Below, piece by piece: positions 11,408 to 23,523 of a stretch of DNA of 64,000 nt. Both the position numbers and the translations under genes were made by a program. Below the pieces are notes generated by a model. That model saw nothing but the letters and a program-made list of their open reading frames with translations, was not told where the DNA came from and did no database searches. The stretch lies in the NCBI GenBank assembly GCA_965267575.1, contig OZ254086.1, forward strand, positions 608,001-672,000. The letters are read 5' to 3'. Source of the DNA: Calditrichales bacterium. GTDB lineage: Bacteria > Calditrichota > Calditrichia > Calditrichales > J004. Each line of letters begins with the position of its first letter. Positions within the stretch are counted from its first letter, which is position 1.

Positions 11408-11422
11408 GCTAAATACTCCTTC

Positions 11423-11755
11423 TTAGAACTTCAGTCCACCTTCGCGGGCACCATCGGCAAGTGCTTTAACCCGCCCATGGTATATATAGCCGTTACGATC
11501 AAAAACGACGGTGGAGATTTTTTTCTCTTTAGCTTTTTCAGCCAGCGCTTTACCAATCAAGGCTGCAGCTTCTGTTTTATTGGCTGCTTTCTTCAGCTTG
11601 GCTTTTACATCTTTGCTCACGTTGGACACACCAAACAAAACCTTGCCTTGGCTGTCGTCAACAATCTGCGCCTGGATATGGCGCAGGCTGCGGTAAATTA
11701 CCAGCCGTGGTTTTTCCGCTGTGCCAAATACAGCTCTTTTTCTTTTCGATTTCAT
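11423..11755 (-). CDS. rplR: 50S ribosomal protein L18
   Basis: KPRLVIYRS, FDRNGYIYHGRVKALADGAREGGLKF. Confidence 0.96.
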   Translation of the reverse strand: MKSKRKRAVFGTAEKPRLVIYRSLRHIQAQIVDDSQGKVLFGVSNVSKDVKAKLKKAANKTEAAALIGKALAEKAKEKKISTVVFDRNGYIYHGRVKALADGAREGGLKF

Positions 11756-11778
11756 TTCTGCTAACCTTGCGCTTTTAC

Positions 11779-12318
11779 TTATTTACCTGCTGTTTTGCCT
11801 GCTTTGCGGCGTACGTACTCATCCGCGTACTTTATACCCTTTCCTTTGTAGGGTTCGGGTGTGCGGTAGCTGCGTATCTTCGCGGCAATTTTACCCACTT
11901 TTTCCTTGTCGATGCCGCTAATGATAATCTCGTTGGGCGTAGGCGTCGTAACTGAAATATCATCGGTAAATGCCATCATGATGGCGTGCGAGTAGCCCAC
12001 GTTCAGAATCAGTGTTTTGCCTTTTGTTTCCGCTTTGTAGCCGATGCCCACAATTTCCAGTTTTATGGAAAAGCCTTCGGAAACACCCTGAACCATGTTG
12101 GAAATCAGGGCACGGCTCAGCCCGTGCAAACTGCGATCGACTTTGCTGTCACTCTTACGCTGAACGATGACCTCACCGTTTTCCATGCTCAGCGTCATCC
12201 TGTCGCTGAACTTCCGGGTTAACTCACCCTTGGGTCCCTTTACCGTCAAAACGTTCTTATCGATGTTGGCGGTAACTGCACCCGGGATTTTTATTGGTAA
12301 TTTTCCAATGCGTGACAC
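11779..12318 (-). CDS. rplF: 50S ribosomal protein L6
   Basis: Start set to GTG at 12318 (MSRIGKLPI); PEPYKGKGIKY. Confidence 0.97.
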   Translation of the reverse strand: MSRIGKLPIKIPGAVTANIDKNVLTVKGPKGELTRKFSDRMTLSMENGEVIVQRKSDSKVDRSLHGLSRALISNMVQGVSEGFSIKLEIVGIGYKAETKGKTLILNVGYSHAIMMAFTDDISVTTPTPNEIIISGIDKEKVGKIAAKIRSYRTPEPYKGKGIKYADEYVRRKAGKTAGK

Positions 12319-12337
12319 GTTTAATTCCCCTATAATT

Positions 12338-12736
12338 TTACCAAATGTGACAGAGTACTTCTCCGCCCACATTCTGCCTTTCGGCTTCGCGCGCGGTTAC
12401 CAAGCCGTTCGGCGTGGTTAAAATTGCAATACCCAGGTTATTTTTCACACGCGGTAAATTGTCAACATTAACATATCTTCTTCTGCCCGGCTTACTGATC
12501 CGCTTCATCTCATGAATAACGGATTCGCCTGTTTGCGTGTACTTTAACCAGATACGCACCAAGCCCTGTTTGCCGTCATCTATAACGATATATTTTTTGA
12601 TATATCCCTGCTGAAGCAGGATTTTTGAAAGCTGTCTTTTAATATTGGAAGCCGGAATATCCACGTGTTTATGTTTGGCATGCAGTGCGTTGCGTACACG
12701 TGTTAGATAATCGGCTATAGGATCTGACATAGACAT
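12338..12736 (-). CDS. rpsH: 30S ribosomal protein S8
   Basis: DPIADYLTRVRNA, ISKPGRRRY, GGEVLC. Confidence 0.98.
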   Translation of the reverse strand: MSMSDPIADYLTRVRNALHAKHKHVDIPASNIKRQLSKILLQQGYIKKYIVIDDGKQGLVRIWLKYTQTGESVIHEMKRISKPGRRRYVNVDNLPRVKNNLGIAILTTPNGLVTAREAERQNVGGEVLCHIW

Positions 12737-12755
12737 GAACTTTTTTACCTCCGAA

Positions 12756-12941
12756 CTACCAGCTTGCTTTGGTTACACCCGGAATCTCTCCCTGCAGGGA
12801 AAGGTCCCGGAAACAAATGCGGCAAATTCCAAACTTGCGCATATACGCACGCGGACGACCACAGCGATTGCAGCGGTTGTATTCACGCACTTTAAATTTT
12901 TGTTTTCTTTTCGCTTTAACGACCAGGCATTTCTTAGCCAA
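12756..12941 (-). CDS. rpsZ: 30S ribosomal protein S14, type Z (Zn-binding)
   Basis: 61 aa, CNRCGR...CRICFR, GVTKASW. Confidence 0.97.
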   Translation of the reverse strand: MAKKCLVVKAKRKQKFKVREYNRCNRCGRPRAYMRKFGICRICFRDLSLQGEIPGVTKASW

Positions 12942-12955
12942 TTTTACCTCCCGTC

Positions 12956-13516
12956 CTAATTGACGCTTTTGCGAAACGGAAAGCCAAGCGCTTTCAACAA
13001 TTCGTATGCTTCTTCATCAGTTTGCGCGGAGGTCACAATCGTGATATCGAATCCGCGGATTTTGTCAATCTTATCCATGTTGATTTCCGGAAAGATAATC
13101 TGCTCTTTAACGCCGATTGAATAGTTTCCGCGTCCGTCAAAAGATTTGTCGGAATAGCCGCGGAAGTCACGCACACGCGGTGTGGCAACGGCAATAAACC
13201 GATCCAGAAATTCATACATACGCTGACGCCGCATTGTAACCATGCAACCGACTTTCATGCCTTCGCGCAATTTGAAGTTAGATATGGATTTTCTGGCGGA
13301 GCGAACCGCAGGTTTCTGACCGGTAATCGTGGTCAGATCGTTTATCGATGCTTCCAGAAACTTGGCATCCTGTATGGCTTCTCCAACCCCCATATTTACG
13401 GAGATCTTTAACAGCCTTGGAACTTCGTGCTTATTGGTATAGCCAAACTTTTTTTCAAGATAGGGGATCACTTCTTCCCTGTATTTTTTGGCTAATCGTG
13501 GAATATATTCGGACAT
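12956..13516 (-). CDS. rplE: 50S ribosomal protein L5
   Basis: Start set to MSEYIPRL (GAGGT RBS); [21 protein letters not shown]. Confidence 0.97.
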   Translation of the reverse strand: MSEYIPRLAKKYREEVIPYLEKKFGYTNKHEVPRLLKISVNMGVGEAIQDAKFLEASINDLTTITGQKPAVRSARKSISNFKLREGMKVGCMVTMRRQRMYEFLDRFIAVATPRVRDFRGYSDKSFDGRGNYSIGVKEQIIFPEINMDKIDKIRGFDITIVTSAQTDEEAYELLKALGFPFRKSVN

Positions 13517-13536
13517 TTTTACCTCATCCACATCCA

Positions 13537-13857
13537 TTAGTTTATGATTTCACCCTGGCAATCCGGATTCTTGCAATAACGTACTTTGCTTCCGTCTTCC
13601 AGTTTTTTATAACCAACACGCGTCGTGGTATTAAACTTTGTCGAATAATACATCACGTTGGATACGTGTATGGGTGCTTCTTTTTCTATGATTCCGCCTT
13701 GCGGATTTTTCTGGCTAGGACGTGTGTGTCTCTTGATCACATTTACGCCCTCTACAATAACCCGGCTTTCTTCAGGAAATACTTTCAGCACTTTGCTGAT
13801 CTTTCCCTTATACTTCCCGGATATAATCATTACATTGTCATTTTTCTTAATATGCAT
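13537..13857 (-). CDS. rplX: 50S ribosomal protein L24
   Basis: KOW motif [16 protein letters not shown]. Confidence 0.97.
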   Translation of the reverse strand: MHIKKNDNVMIISGKYKGKISKVLKVFPEESRVIVEGVNVIKRHTRPSQKNPQGGIIEKEAPIHVSNVMYYSTKFNTTTRVGYKKLEDGSKVRYCKNPDCQGEIIN

Positions 13858-13874
13858 CCTGACTCTCCCGACCT

Positions 13875-14243
13875 TTAAAGCACTTCAGGTGCCAGCGAAA
13901 CAATCTTCATAAACCGCTTTTCGCGCAACTCCCGCGCAACCGGTCCGAAAATACGTGTTCCCCGTGGCTCGTTCTGGTTATCAAGAATCACGGCTGCGTT
14001 TTCGTCAAACCGGATATATGAACCGTCTTTACGGCGGATTTCTTTTTTGGTGCGTACCACAACGGCTTTGTGCACGCTGCCTTTCTTAACGTTGCCACCG
14101 GGTATAGCGCTTTTTACGGATATAACGATGATGTCACCGATAGTGGCATACTTTTTCCCGGACCCGCCGAGCACCCGGATACACATCATTTTTTGAGCGC
14201 CGGAGTTGTCTGCGGCAACAAGTCTTGTTTGCTCTTGAATCAT
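13875..14243 (-). CDS. rplN: 50S ribosomal protein L14
   Basis: [26 protein letters not shown]. Confidence 0.98.
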   Translation of the reverse strand: MIQEQTRLVAADNSGAQKMMCIRVLGGSGKKYATIGDIIVISVKSAIPGGNVKKGSVHKAVVVRTKKEIRRKDGSYIRFDENAAVILDNQNEPRGTRIFGPVARELREKRFMKIVSLAPEVL

Positions 14244-14267
14244 TTTATCAACCCGTTACAAAAATCG

Positions 14268-14528
14268 TTATTTTACCTTTTCCACGACTTCAAGCAAACG
14301 CCATTTTTTGGATTTACTGAGAGGGCGTGTTTCCATTATTCTTACAAGATCGCCTTCCTGACAGGTATTCTCAGGGTCATGGGCATAAAGCTTCATGGTC
14401 TTCTTTACAAATTTTCCATAAACCGGATGCTGCAGGCGTCGAACAACGGCCACGGTGATGGTCTTGTCCATCTTGTTGCTGACAACCCGCCCGATACGGG
14501 TCTTTCTTACTTTACGTGTTGTCTCCAT
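14268..14528 (-). CDS. rpsQ: 30S ribosomal protein S17
   Basis: [18 protein letters not shown]. Confidence 0.98.
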   Translation of the reverse strand: METTRKVRKTRIGRVVSNKMDKTITVAVVRRLQHPVYGKFVKKTMKLYAHDPENTCQEGDLVRIMETRPLSKSKKWRLLEVVEKVK

Positions 14529-14535
14529 CTATCTG

Positions 14536-14742
14536 TCAACTTTCCGCTTTATTGCTCTGTTTTTGATGTAAGAATGTTTTGATACGCGCGATATCGCGGC
14601 GTACAAAGCGAATCCTTAAAGGATTTGTTATCTGGTGAGTGGCCTGCTGCAAGCGCAGATTTTCCATTTCTTCCAGGCGCTCCTGCAGCTTTTCGTTTAA
14701 CTCTTCCAGCGTTTTTTCTTTATAATCTTCAACCGATTTCAT
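14536..14742 (-). CDS. rpmC: 50S ribosomal protein L29
   Basis: RFVRRDIARIKT; S10 operon position. Confidence 0.94.
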   Translation of the reverse strand: MKSVEDYKEKTLEELNEKLQERLEEMENLRLQQATHQITNPLRIRFVRRDIARIKTFLHQKQSNKAES

Positions 14743-14753
14743 TGCTGTGCCTT

Positions 14754-15164
14754 TTAGCTTTCAGTATGTACAAATTTTGTTTTAATCGGCAATTTATGAG
14801 ATGCCAGGCGCATGGCCTCTTTGGCGATATCCATAGGTACGCCCTCAAGCTCAAACAGTACGCGTCCGGGGCGCACAACCGCTACCCAATATTCGGGTGA
14901 ACCTTTTCCTTTACCCATACGCGTTTCAGCAGGCTTCTTCGTCACCGGCTTGTCCGGAAATATGCGGATCCAGACTTTACCGCCACGCTTGATATGTCGG
15001 GTGATGGCGATACGCGTCGCTTCAATCTGGCGGCTTGTAATCCAGCCCGACTCCAAAGCTTTAAGCCCGTAGGTTCCAAACGCGATGTAGTTTCCGCGCT
15101 GGGCATTGCCCTTCATTTTTCCGCGTTGCTTCTTACGGTATTTAACCCTTTTTGGCATCAACAT
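14754..15164 (-). CDS. rplP: 50S ribosomal protein L16
   Basis: [20 protein letters not shown]. Confidence 0.98.
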   Translation of the reverse strand: MLMPKRVKYRKKQRGKMKGNAQRGNYIAFGTYGLKALESGWITSRQIEATRIAITRHIKRGGKVWIRIFPDKPVTKKPAETRMGKGKGSPEYWVAVVRPGRVLFELEGVPMDIAKEAMRLASHKLPIKTKFVHTES

Positions 15165-15196
15165 GATTTTATTCTCCTAAACCTTTGCGAACCGTC

Positions 15197-15829
15197 TTAT
15201 CTCTTGCCAATCACTTCGCCGTTGAATATCCACACTTTTACGCCGATACAGCCATAGGTGGTGTGAGACGTGAATGTGGCATAATCAATATCAGCCCGCA
15301 GTGTATGCAAAGGAATGCGTCCTTCCTTGTATTGTTCTGTGCGCGCCATCTCCGCACCGCCCAGACGCCCCGAACACATGATCTTGATACCTTCTGCCCC
15401 AAGACGCATAGTGGAGGTCATCGCTTTTTTCATTGCGCGGCGGAAACTAACCTTTCCGGCAAGCTGGCGACCGATGTTTTCTGCGACAAGATAGGCGTCC
15501 AGTTCCGGCTTCTTGATTTCATTAATATTGATCTGAACTTCCTTGCCGGTAAGCCTTTTCAGCTCTTCCTTAAGCTTGTCTACCTCGGAACCTTTTTTGC
15601 CGATCACAATGCCCGGACGGGCGGTGTGAATGGTCAATATTACGCGCTTGCTTGTGCGCTCAATTTCGATCTTGGAAACGGCTGCCTTACGCAAACGGTT
15701 GTTTATGTATTTGCGAAGCGTTAAATCTTCTTCCAGCTTTTCGGCAAAGTTTTTTTCGTCGAACCAACTGCTGTTCCAGGAACGAATAATTCCAAGACGT
15801 AATCCAACCGGATTAACCTTCTGACCCAA
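15197..15829 (-). CDS. rpsC: 30S ribosomal protein S3
   Basis: [31 protein letters not shown]. Confidence 0.98.
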   Translation of the reverse strand: MGQKVNPVGLRLGIIRSWNSSWFDEKNFAEKLEEDLTLRKYINNRLRKAAVSKIEIERTSKRVILTIHTARPGIVIGKKGSEVDKLKEELKRLTGKEVQININEIKKPELDAYLVAENIGRQLAGKVSFRRAMKKAMTSTMRLGAEGIKIMCSGRLGGAEMARTEQYKEGRIPLHTLRADIDYATFTSHTTYGCIGVKVWIFNGEVIGKR

Positions 15830-15850
15830 AACGTTTCTCCTTACCTTGGC

Positions 15851-16189
15851 TTATAACTCTACAACGATCGTAACATGCGACGTGCGCTTGCGAATCTTTC
15901 CCGCACGGCCCATAGACATGGGGCGAAAACGCTTGACGATGGGACCACCGTCAACGTAAGCGGTCTTGATCCGCACATCACTCATATCAAAACGTTCGTC
16001 TTCGTTTTGATTGGAGAGATTGGCGAACGCTGTCTGAATCGTTTTGTAAACAGGAAGTGCGGCATTTTTTCTGGTAAAATGCAATATATCCAGCGCTTCC
16101 TGAACTGATTTCCCCTTTATCATGCCGACAACGCGGCGCAACTTCCAGGGAGACATCCGCAGATATTTTGCATGCGCAACTGCTTCCAT
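15851..16189 (-). CDS. rplV: 50S ribosomal protein L22
   Basis: VDGGP..KRFRP.SMGRA..IRKRTSHVT. Confidence 0.97.
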   Translation of the reverse strand: MEAVAHAKYLRMSPWKLRRVVGMIKGKSVQEALDILHFTRKNAALPVYKTIQTAFANLSNQNEDERFDMSDVRIKTAYVDGGPIVKRFRPMSMGRAGKIRKRTSHVTIVVEL

Positions 16190-16199
16190 CGTATCCTCT

Positions 16200-16487
16200 T
16201 TATTTCACTCGTGACATTCTTTCGGCCAGCTTACCGCCGTGGCCGCGAAACGTATGCGTGGGTGCGAATTCACCGAGTTTATGCCCCACCATATTTTCCG
16301 ATATATATACAGGAATAAATTTTATGCCATTATGCACAGCAATGGTATGTCCCACAAACTCCGGCGGTATCGTGCTGCGCCGGGCCCAGGTTTTTACCAC
16401 TACTTTTTTATTTTCCTCATTAAGCTTATTGACCTTTGCTTCAAGGCTCTGGTCAATATAAGGTCCCTTCTTTACAGACCGTGCCAT
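16200..16487 (-). CDS. rpsS: 30S ribosomal protein S19
   Basis: [20 protein letters not shown]. Confidence 0.98.
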   Translation of the reverse strand: MARSVKKGPYIDQSLEAKVNKLNEENKKVVVKTWARRSTIPPEFVGHTIAVHNGIKFIPVYISENMVGHKLGEFAPTHTFRGHGGKLAERMSRVK

Positions 16488-16504
16488 CCATTACTCCTTA
16501 AAAC

Positions 16505-17329
16505 TTATTTGCGCCGCTTAACAATAAGATTGCTAGATACTTTTTTCTTCTTGCGGGTTTTAAGCCCTTTTGCCAGCTGTCCCCACGGTGAACACGGATG
16601 ACGTCCGCCGGAAGTTTTACCTTCACCACCACCCATCGGGTGATCCACGGGGTTCATCGCTACGCCTCGTACATTCGGCCTGCGGCCAAGCCAGCGCGAA
16701 CGACCGGCTTTACCAAGCGAAATATTGAAATGCTCGATATTAGAAACAGTACCGATTGTAGCGTAGCACACCGAAGGCACCTTGCGCACTTCGCCGGAAG
16801 GCAGCTTTAACAAAGCGTATTTCCCTTCCCGCGCCAGCACCTGTGCCGACGTACCTGCTCCCCGCGCCATTTGCGCGCCCTTCTTAGGACGAAGCTCTAT
16901 GGCGTGAACGGTTAAACCGACCGGTATCTTCTCAAGCGGCAGGGTGTTCCCGGTACGGATCTCCACATCAGGCCCGCTCATCAGGCGATCACCCTGTTTC
17001 AACCCATCCGGTGCAAGAATGTAGCGCTTTTCTCCATCTTCGTAAGCCAAAAGCGCGATGCGTGCCGTCCTGTTCGGATCGTACTCGATGGACATAACCC
17101 TGGCTGCAATGCCATGTTTGTCACGCTTAAAATCAATTTTGCGATAGCGTCGCTTATGGCCACCACCTCTGTGCCAGATCGTAACACGACCCTGGCTGTT
17201 GCGGCCGCCGGATTTTTTCAGCGGCAGAAGAAGTGACTTTTCCGGTGTATCAGTCGTAACCTGTATAAAGTCACTAACCGTCTTAAACCTTTGTCCCGGC
17301 GTCATCGCCTTAAAACTTTTAATACCCAT
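16505..17329 (-). CDS. rplB: 50S ribosomal protein L2
   Basis: [29 protein letters not shown]. Confidence 0.98.
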   Translation of the reverse strand: MGIKSFKAMTPGQRFKTVSDFIQVTTDTPEKSLLLPLKKSGGRNSQGRVTIWHRGGGHKRRYRKIDFKRDKHGIAARVMSIEYDPNRTARIALLAYEDGEKRYILAPDGLKQGDRLMSGPDVEIRTGNTLPLEKIPVGLTVHAIELRPKKGAQMARGAGTSAQVLAREGKYALLKLPSGEVRKVPSVCYATIGTVSNIEHFNISLGKAGRSRWLGRRPNVRGVAMNPVDHPMGGGEGKTSGGRHPCSPWGQLAKGLKTRKKKKVSSNLIVKRRK

Positions 17330-17348
17330 TTCTCATTCTCCGCAGGCT

Positions 17349-17648
17349 TTATGCGTTATCGAACAATTCGATGCTTTGATCCGGCTGCAGTGTCACGATT
17401 GCCTTTTTCCAATCGGGACGCCTTCCTTCAAAGCGTCCGGCACGTGTCAACTGAAAACGCTTTTTGCCGCGCACATTGAATGTTCTTACAGATTTTACCT
17501 TAACATCAAACTTCTGCTCAACGGCCTTCTTTATCTCAATCTTATTGGCGTGTGCTTCCACCTGAAAGGCATACTTATTGAGCGCTTCCTGCTGCATCGT
17601 CATTTTTTCCGTAAACAACGGCCTGATTAAAATCATACGCGGTTTCAT
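17349..17648 (-). CDS. rplW: 50S ribosomal protein L23
   Basis: ANKIEIKKAVE, WKKAIVTL. Confidence 0.97.
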   Translation of the reverse strand: MKPRMILIRPLFTEKMTMQQEALNKYAFQVEAHANKIEIKKAVEQKFDVKVKSVRTFNVRGKKRFQLTRAGRFEGRRPDWKKAIVTLQPDQSIELFDNA

Positions 17649-18274
17649 TAGCTCAACACCTCTTTGATTTTCGCGAGAGCACCTTCCTGGATAACCAGCA
17701 TTTGAGCGCTTATCACATCATAGCTGGAAAACGCTATGTTTTCTTTTACATTAACCCGATACATATTATGGGCCGCTTTAAATACATTGGGCGCATAATC
17801 TGCCGTAATCAGGAGCACCTTTTGTCCATCAAGCTTCAATCCGCCGATAAAATCTTTCATCAGACGGGTTTTTGGTTCATCGTAATTAAAATCTTCAACA
17901 ACGATCAGCTGCTGGTTTTTAGCCTTATCCGCCAAAACAGAACGGCGGGCTACTTTTTTCAATTTACGATTCACTTTTTGCGTATAGTCGCGTGGCTCCG
18001 GCCCGAATACGCGTCCGCCGCCAACATGATGAGGCGCGCGAATGGTTCCCTGACGGGCACGGCCGGTTCCTTTCTGACGAAAAGGCTTGCGCCCGCCGCC
18101 CGAAACATAAGAGCGTCCTTTGGTGGCATGTGTACCCTGGCGACGATTGGCCATCAAGGCTTTCACGTCCAGCCAAACGGCGTGTTCGTTTATTTCAGAC
18201 TCAAATATGCCCTTGTCCAAAGTGACGGATTTGCTAGTCTTCTTTCCGTCTTTGGAAAAAACTGGTAAGTTCAT
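17648..18274 (-). CDS. rplD: 50S ribosomal protein L4
   Basis: KPFRQKGTGRARQG, GGGRVFGP. Confidence 0.98.
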   Translation of the reverse strand: MNLPVFSKDGKKTSKSVTLDKGIFESEINEHAVWLDVKALMANRRQGTHATKGRSYVSGGGRKPFRQKGTGRARQGTIRAPHHVGGGRVFGPEPRDYTQKVNRKLKKVARRSVLADKAKNQQLIVVEDFNYDEPKTRLMKDFIGGLKLDGQKVLLITADYAPNVFKAAHNMYRVNVKENIAFSSYDVISAQMLVIQEGALAKIKEVLS

Positions 18275-18298
18275 TGTACCGATTCCAAGTCAAACAGA

Positions 18299-18916
18299 TT
18301 AGTTCTTGATTTCCAATAAAGAATTCTTGGCGCCCGGAACAGAGCCTTTGAGGAAAAGCAGGTTGTTCTCTGGGTCTACCTTCACTACTAAAACTTTTTT
18401 AAGTGTAACACGGCTGTTTCCCATCCGGCCGGCCATCTTGATGCCCTTGAAAACCCTGGACGGGTAGGAGCTTTGGCCCAATGAGCCGGGTGCACGCAAG
18501 CGGTCTGACTGACCATGCGTTTTGGGACCGCCTCTGAAAGAGTGCCTTTTTACAACACCCTGAAAGCCTTTACCTTTGCTCGTTCCGGATACCGTTACTT
18601 CTTCACCAACCCTGAAGCGATCAACTTTGATTTCCGCTCCCGGCTTTAACTCATTCTGGTCTGAAAAAGTGAACTCCCGGATAAAACGTTTCACATCAAC
18701 GCCTGCTTTGGCAAAGTGTCCTTTGGCAGGTTTGTTCTGCCGGGATTCTTTCACATCCTGAAAAGCAATCTGTACGCTGTTGTAACCCTCTTTTTCACTG
18801 GTCTTAACCTGGGTTACAAAGCAAGGTCCCGCTTCAACAACCGTTACCGGAATGACTTCACCCGTTTCGGTAAAGTATTGCGTCATCCCTTTTTTTATTC
18901 CTAAAATGCCTTGCAT
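18299..18916 (-). CDS. rplC: 50S ribosomal protein L3
   Basis: [25 protein letters not shown]. Confidence 0.98.
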   Translation of the reverse strand: MQGILGIKKGMTQYFTETGEVIPVTVVEAGPCFVTQVKTSEKEGYNSVQIAFQDVKESRQNKPAKGHFAKAGVDVKRFIREFTFSDQNELKPGAEIKVDRFRVGEEVTVSGTSKGKGFQGVVKRHSFRGGPKTHGQSDRLRAPGSLGQSSYPSRVFKGIKMAGRMGNSRVTLKKVLVVKVDPENNLLFLKGSVPGAKNSLLEIKN

Positions 18917-18941
18917 TATACCAACTCCGGAAACTGTTTAA

Positions 18942-19250
18942 TCAGGTTTTAATTTCTATGTCAACGCCAGCCGGTAATTCCAGCTTCATCAGCGCGTCTA
19001 CAGTTTTACCGGTGGCATTCAGAATATCAATAAGTCTCTTGTGGATACGCGTCTCAAACTGCTCGCGTGATTTTTTGTCCACATGCGGGGAACGCAGCAC
19101 CGTATATACACTACGATCGGTCGGCAGCGGTATGGGGCCCGAAATTACAGCGCCCGTAGAGCGTGCCGTGCGAATGATTTTGTCAGTCGATTTATCAATC
19201 AGACTGTGGTCGTATGCCTTCAGCCGAATACGAATATTCTGATTGGCCAC
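18942..19250 (-). CDS. rpsJ: 30S ribosomal protein S10
   Basis: [24 protein letters not shown]. Confidence 0.98.
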   Translation of the reverse strand: MANQNIRIRLKAYDHSLIDKSTDKIIRTARSTGAVISGPIPLPTDRSVYTVLRSPHVDKKSREQFETRIHKRLIDILNATGKTVDALMKLELPAGVDIEIKT

Positions 19251-19270
19251 TTTAATATTCCCCTGTTCTG

Positions 19271-20461
19271 TTATTCAATAATTTCCGCAACAACACCGGC
19301 GCCAACGGTACGGCCGCCTTCACGGATGGCGAAGCGCAGCTCTTTCTCCATGGCGATCTCTTTGATCAGCTCTACTTCTACCGAGATATTGTCGCCCGGC
19401 ATAACCATCTCTACCCCGTCAGGCAGCTTGATGGAACCCGTCACGTCCGTCGTACGGAAGTAGAACTGCGGACGGTAACCGTCAAAGAACGGTGTGTGAC
19501 GTCCACCTTCATCCTTGGTCAATACGTATACTTCACCCTTAAATTTGGTGTGCGGCGTAATTGAACCCGGCTTGGCCAATACCTGACCGCGCTCCAGGTC
19601 TTCCTTGTTTACACCACGCAGAAGAAGACCTACGTTGTCGCCTGCTTCACCGCGGTCCAGGAGCTTGCGGAACATCTCAACACCGGTAACAACCGTCTTG
19701 CGCTTGGCGCCAAGACCAACCAGCTCAACTTCTTCTCCAACCGCTACAACACCACGCTCGATACGGCCCGTGGCTACTGTACCACGACCGGTGATCGAAA
19801 AGACGTCTTCAACAGGCATCAGAAACGGCTTGTCTACGTCACGCTCGGGTGTCGGAATGTAATCATCAACGGCATCCATCAGCTCCAGGATCGGCTTGAT
19901 CGCCGTCTCGTCGTTGGGATCGTTCAACGCGTTAAGCGCGCTGCCCTTGACGATCGGAATGTCATCACCCGGAAATTCGTAGCTGCTCAGAAGCTCGCGG
20001 ATCTCAAGCTCTACAAGCTCCAGCAGTTCCGGGTCATCAACCTGGTCTACTTTGTTCAGAAATACCACGATGTAAGGTACGTTTACCTGGCGCGCCAGAA
20101 GAATGTGCTCGCGCGTCTGCGGCATCGGGCCGTCGGCGGCGCTTACAACCAGTATCGCGCCGTCCATTTGCGCCGCACCGGTGATCATGTTCTTTACATA
20201 GTCGGCGTGCCCCGGACAGTCCACGTGCGCATAGTGACGCTTCTGCGTCGTGTATTCCACGTGCGCCGTGGCGATGGTTATACCGCGCTCGCGCTCTTCA
20301 GGAGCGTTATCGATACTGTCAAAATCACGCTTCTCACTCAAACCCTGGTTGGCAAGCACCTGTGTGATCGCTGCCGTAAGGGTCGTCTTGCCATGGTCTA
20401 CGTGACCAATTGTGCCTACGTTTACGTGGGGCTTACTTCTGTCAAATTTCTGTTTAGCCAT
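19271..20461 (-). CDS. tuf: Elongation factor Tu (str-operon copy)
   Basis: [39 protein letters not shown]. Confidence 0.99.
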   Translation of the reverse strand: MAKQKFDRSKPHVNVGTIGHVDHGKTTLTAAITQVLANQGLSEKRDFDSIDNAPEERERGITIATAHVEYTTQKRHYAHVDCPGHADYVKNMITGAAQMDGAILVVSAADGPMPQTREHILLARQVNVPYIVVFLNKVDQVDDPELLELVELEIRELLSSYEFPGDDIPIVKGSALNALNDPNDETAIKPILELMDAVDDYIPTPERDVDKPFLMPVEDVFSITGRGTVATGRIERGVVAVGEEVELVGLGAKRKTVVTGVEMFRKLLDRGEAGDNVGLLLRGVNKEDLERGQVLAKPGSITPHTKFKGEVYVLTKDEGGRHTPFFDGYRPQFYFRTTDVTGSIKLPDGVEMVMPGDNISVEVELIKEIAMEKELRFAIREGGRTVGAGVVAEIIE

Positions 20462-20484
20462 TGTCCAACTCCTTTAGAATCGAG

Positions 20485-22569
20485 TTATTTATCTCCGCTT
20501 TGCGACTTTTCAATAATTTCCTTGGCGACACTTTCAGGTACTTTCTCGTAGTGTGAGAATTGCATGGAGTATATCGCCCTTCCCTGACTGACCGAACGAA
20601 GCGTTGTCGCATAACCAAACATTTCACTTAACGGCACATGCCCGCTTATAACCTGGGCATCCTTCCGTGGCAGGATACCGGAAATTTTTCCACGACGACT
20701 ATTTAAATCGCCTATTACGTCGCCCATATATTCTTCCGGAACCACAACTTCAATCGAAAAAATGGGTTCCAGAATCACTGCACCTGCTTTTTTCGCGGCA
20801 TTTTGCAAAGCCATCGAACCGGCAACTTTAAAAGCCATTTCCGATGAATCCACATCATGATAAGAGCCGTCGAACAGGCGCACTTTAATGTCTTCCAGAG
20901 GATAGCCGGCAATAACACCATTCTTCATTGCCTGAACCATACCCTCTTTTACCGGATTTATAAATTCTTTGGGTATAGTACCACCCACAATGTTATCTAC
21001 AAATTCAAAGCCTTTGCCGGGTTCGTTAGGCTCAACTTCAACCACAACATGACCATATTGGCCGCGGCCACCGGACTGACGAACAAATTTGCCTTCTGCT
21101 TCAACTTTTTTGGTCAATGTTTCCTTGTAAGCAACCTGCGGTTTACCCACGTTGGCATCGACTTTAAATTCGCGTTTTAAGCGATCAACGATAATCTCCA
21201 GGTGCAACTCACCCATACCGGAAATGATTGTCTGCCCGGTCTCTTCATCGGTACGTACACGGAAAGTAGGATCTTCATCACCCAGCTTCATCAGCGACTG
21301 GCTCAGTTTATCCTGATCCGCCTTCGTTTTTGGCTCAACCGCCACGTGTATAACCGGCTCGGGAAATTTCATCGACTCCAGAACAACCTGGTTCGACTCA
21401 TCGCACAATGTATCGCCGGTGCGTGTATCCTTTAAGCCAACTATCGCCGCAATGTCGCCCGTGGAAATAAAATCCAGGTCCTCGCGGTGGTTGGCGTGCA
21501 TTTGCAGCAGCCGGCCAACGCGTTCCTTTTTACCGGAGATTGTATTATATGTGTATGATCCTTTGTTCAATTTTCCGGAATAAACACGGGCAAAGGTTAA
21601 ACGACCAACATACGGGTCCACCATCACTTTAAATGCCAGTGCCGAGAAAGGCTCCTCATCGGTGGGACGGCGTATAATTTCTTTTTCATTATGCGGATGA
21701 ATACCTTTTACGACACCCACATCGGACGGGGCCGGCAGATATTCTACAACCGCGTCAAGCAATCTTTGAACGCCCTTGTTTTTAAAGGCAGAACCGCACA
21801 ACACGGGAGTGATTTTAAGGTCTAATGTCGCTTTTCTTACAGCGGCTCGAACCTGTGCTTCATCAATGTCTTCGCCTTCAAGATATTTAACCATCAGGTC
21901 TTCATCATAGTCAGCGATCGCTTCCAGCATGTGCGTACGATACTCTTCGGCTTTCGGCATCAAATCAGTGGGGATTTCGCCTTCTTCGAAAAGAGCACCC
22001 AGAGTGCTGTCGTTATACATCACAGCCTTCATGGAAATCAAGTCAATCAAGCCTGTAAACAACTCACCATCACCAATCGGAATTTGCAGCGGCACGGGCG
22101 TCGCACCAAGACGCTCTTTGATCATATTAAGAACGTTGTAAAAATCAGCTCCAACACGATCCATTTTATTAACAAACGCGATACGCGGAACTTTGTATTT
22201 GTCTGCCTGGCGCCAAACGGTTTCAGACTGCGGCTCTACACCGCCAACCGCGCAGAAAAGAGCAACGGCACCGTCAAGAACGCGCAGAGATCTTTCAACC
22301 TCAACTGTAAAGTCCACGTGGCCGGGTGTATCGATTATATTGATCGTATGCTTCCGCCACTCACAGGTGGTGGCCGCCGATGTAATCGTAATACCCCGTT
22401 CCTTCTCCTGTTCCATCCAGTCCATCGTGGCAGCACCCTCATGAACTTCGCCCATGCGGTGCAGACGACCGGTGTAAAAGAGTATCCTTTCCGTCGTTGT
22501 TGTTTTTCCGGCATCAATATGCGCCATGATGCCTATGTTTCTAATTTTTTCTAGAACTTTCTTAGCCAT
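20485..22569 (-). CDS. fusA: Elongation factor G
   Basis: [28 protein letters not shown]. Confidence 0.99.
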   Translation of the reverse strand: MAKKVLEKIRNIGIMAHIDAGKTTTTERILFYTGRLHRMGEVHEGAATMDWMEQEKERGITITSAATTCEWRKHTINIIDTPGHVDFTVEVERSLRVLDGAVALFCAVGGVEPQSETVWRQADKYKVPRIAFVNKMDRVGADFYNVLNMIKERLGATPVPLQIPIGDGELFTGLIDLISMKAVMYNDSTLGALFEEGEIPTDLMPKAEEYRTHMLEAIADYDEDLMVKYLEGEDIDEAQVRAAVRKATLDLKITPVLCGSAFKNKGVQRLLDAVVEYLPAPSDVGVVKGIHPHNEKEIIRRPTDEEPFSALAFKVMVDPYVGRLTFARVYSGKLNKGSYTYNTISGKKERVGRLLQMHANHREDLDFISTGDIAAIVGLKDTRTGDTLCDESNQVVLESMKFPEPVIHVAVEPKTKADQDKLSQSLMKLGDEDPTFRVRTDEETGQTIISGMGELHLEIIVDRLKREFKVDANVGKPQVAYKETLTKKVEAEGKFVRQSGGRGQYGHVVVEVEPNEPGKGFEFVDNIVGGTIPKEFINPVKEGMVQAMKNGVIAGYPLEDIKVRLFDGSYHDVDSSEMAFKVAGSMALQNAAKKAGAVILEPIFSIEVVVPEEYMGDVIGDLNSRRGKISGILPRKDAQVISGHVPLSEMFGYATTLRSVSQGRAIYSMQFSHYEKVPESVAKEIIEKSQSGDK

Positions 22570-22587
22570 TTATAAAAATCAACCTTT

Positions 22588-23058
22588 TTACCACCTAAAA
22601 TGCGCGAAAGCTTTGTTGGCTTCAGCCATCTTATGCGTGTCTTCTTTTTTCCTCACGGCAGAGCCTTCACTTTTGAAAGCCTGCATTAATTCTCCGGCCA
22701 GCTTCTCCGCCATGGTTTTTTCGGAACGCAGCCGCGAATAACGTACCAGCCAGCGAATCGCCAATGCCTGGCGGCGACTGTCACGCACCTCAACAGGCAC
22801 CTGATATGTAGCACCACCAACCCGGCGCGACTTTACTTCCAGAAGCGGCGCCACGTTATCCATCGCCTTTTTAAAAACATCAAGCGGATTCTGCTTCAAA
22901 CGGCTTTCAATAATGTCCATCGCATCATAAAAGCTCGTTTCTGCGGTGCTTTTTTTTCCGCTGTACATCATACCGTTGATGAATTTGGCGACAACCTTGT
23001 TTTTATATTTAGGGTCAGGCAAAATATCGCGTTTTTGCGGCCTTCTTCTTCTTGGCAT
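22588..23058 (-). CDS. rpsG: 30S ribosomal protein S7
   Basis: [26 protein letters not shown]. Confidence 0.98.
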   Translation of the reverse strand: MPRRRRPQKRDILPDPKYKNKVVAKFINGMMYSGKKSTAETSFYDAMDIIESRLKQNPLDVFKKAMDNVAPLLEVKSRRVGGATYQVPVEVRDSRRQALAIRWLVRYSRLRSEKTMAEKLAGELMQAFKSEGSAVRKKEDTHKMAEANKAFAHFRW

Positions 23059-23085
23059 TTTAACCTATCTCCAATTCAATATTGC

Positions 23086-23460
23086 TTAAGCTTTAGGCTT
23101 TTTTGTTCCGTACTTTGAACGGCCCTGCTTACGATCTTCAACACCGGTTGTGTCCAGCGTACCACGAACAATATGGTAACGTACACCCGGCAAATCTTTA
23201 ACACGGCCACCGCGGATCAGAACGATCGAGTGTTCCTGCAGATTATGTCCCTCTCCGGGAATGTAAGCAGTTACTTCAATCGCGTTAGTAAGACGAACAC
23301 GAGCCACTTTACGCAGCGCCGAGTTCGGCTTTTTTGGTGTAGTTGTATAAACCCGCGTACATACTCCGCGCTTCTGGGGGCAACTGCCCAACGCCGGAGC
23401 TTTGTTCTTTTTCAGTACTTCTTTTCTGCCTTTGCGGATCAACTGATTAATCGTCGGCAA
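23086..23460 (-). CDS. rpsL: 30S ribosomal protein S12
   Basis: Start set to TTG at 23460 (GGAGG 6 nt upstream); [21 protein letters not shown]. Confidence 0.98.
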   Translation of the reverse strand: MPTINQLIRKGRKEVLKKNKAPALGSCPQKRGVCTRVYTTTPKKPNSALRKVARVRLTNAIEVTAYIPGEGHNLQEHSIVLIRGGRVKDLPGVRYHIVRGTLDTTGVEDRKQGRSKYGTKKPKA

Positions 23461-23523
23461 TGTCAACCTCCAAAAAGTTGCAGACTGATAATTTAAGGAA
23501 TAAAACCTGGCAACACAACCGAT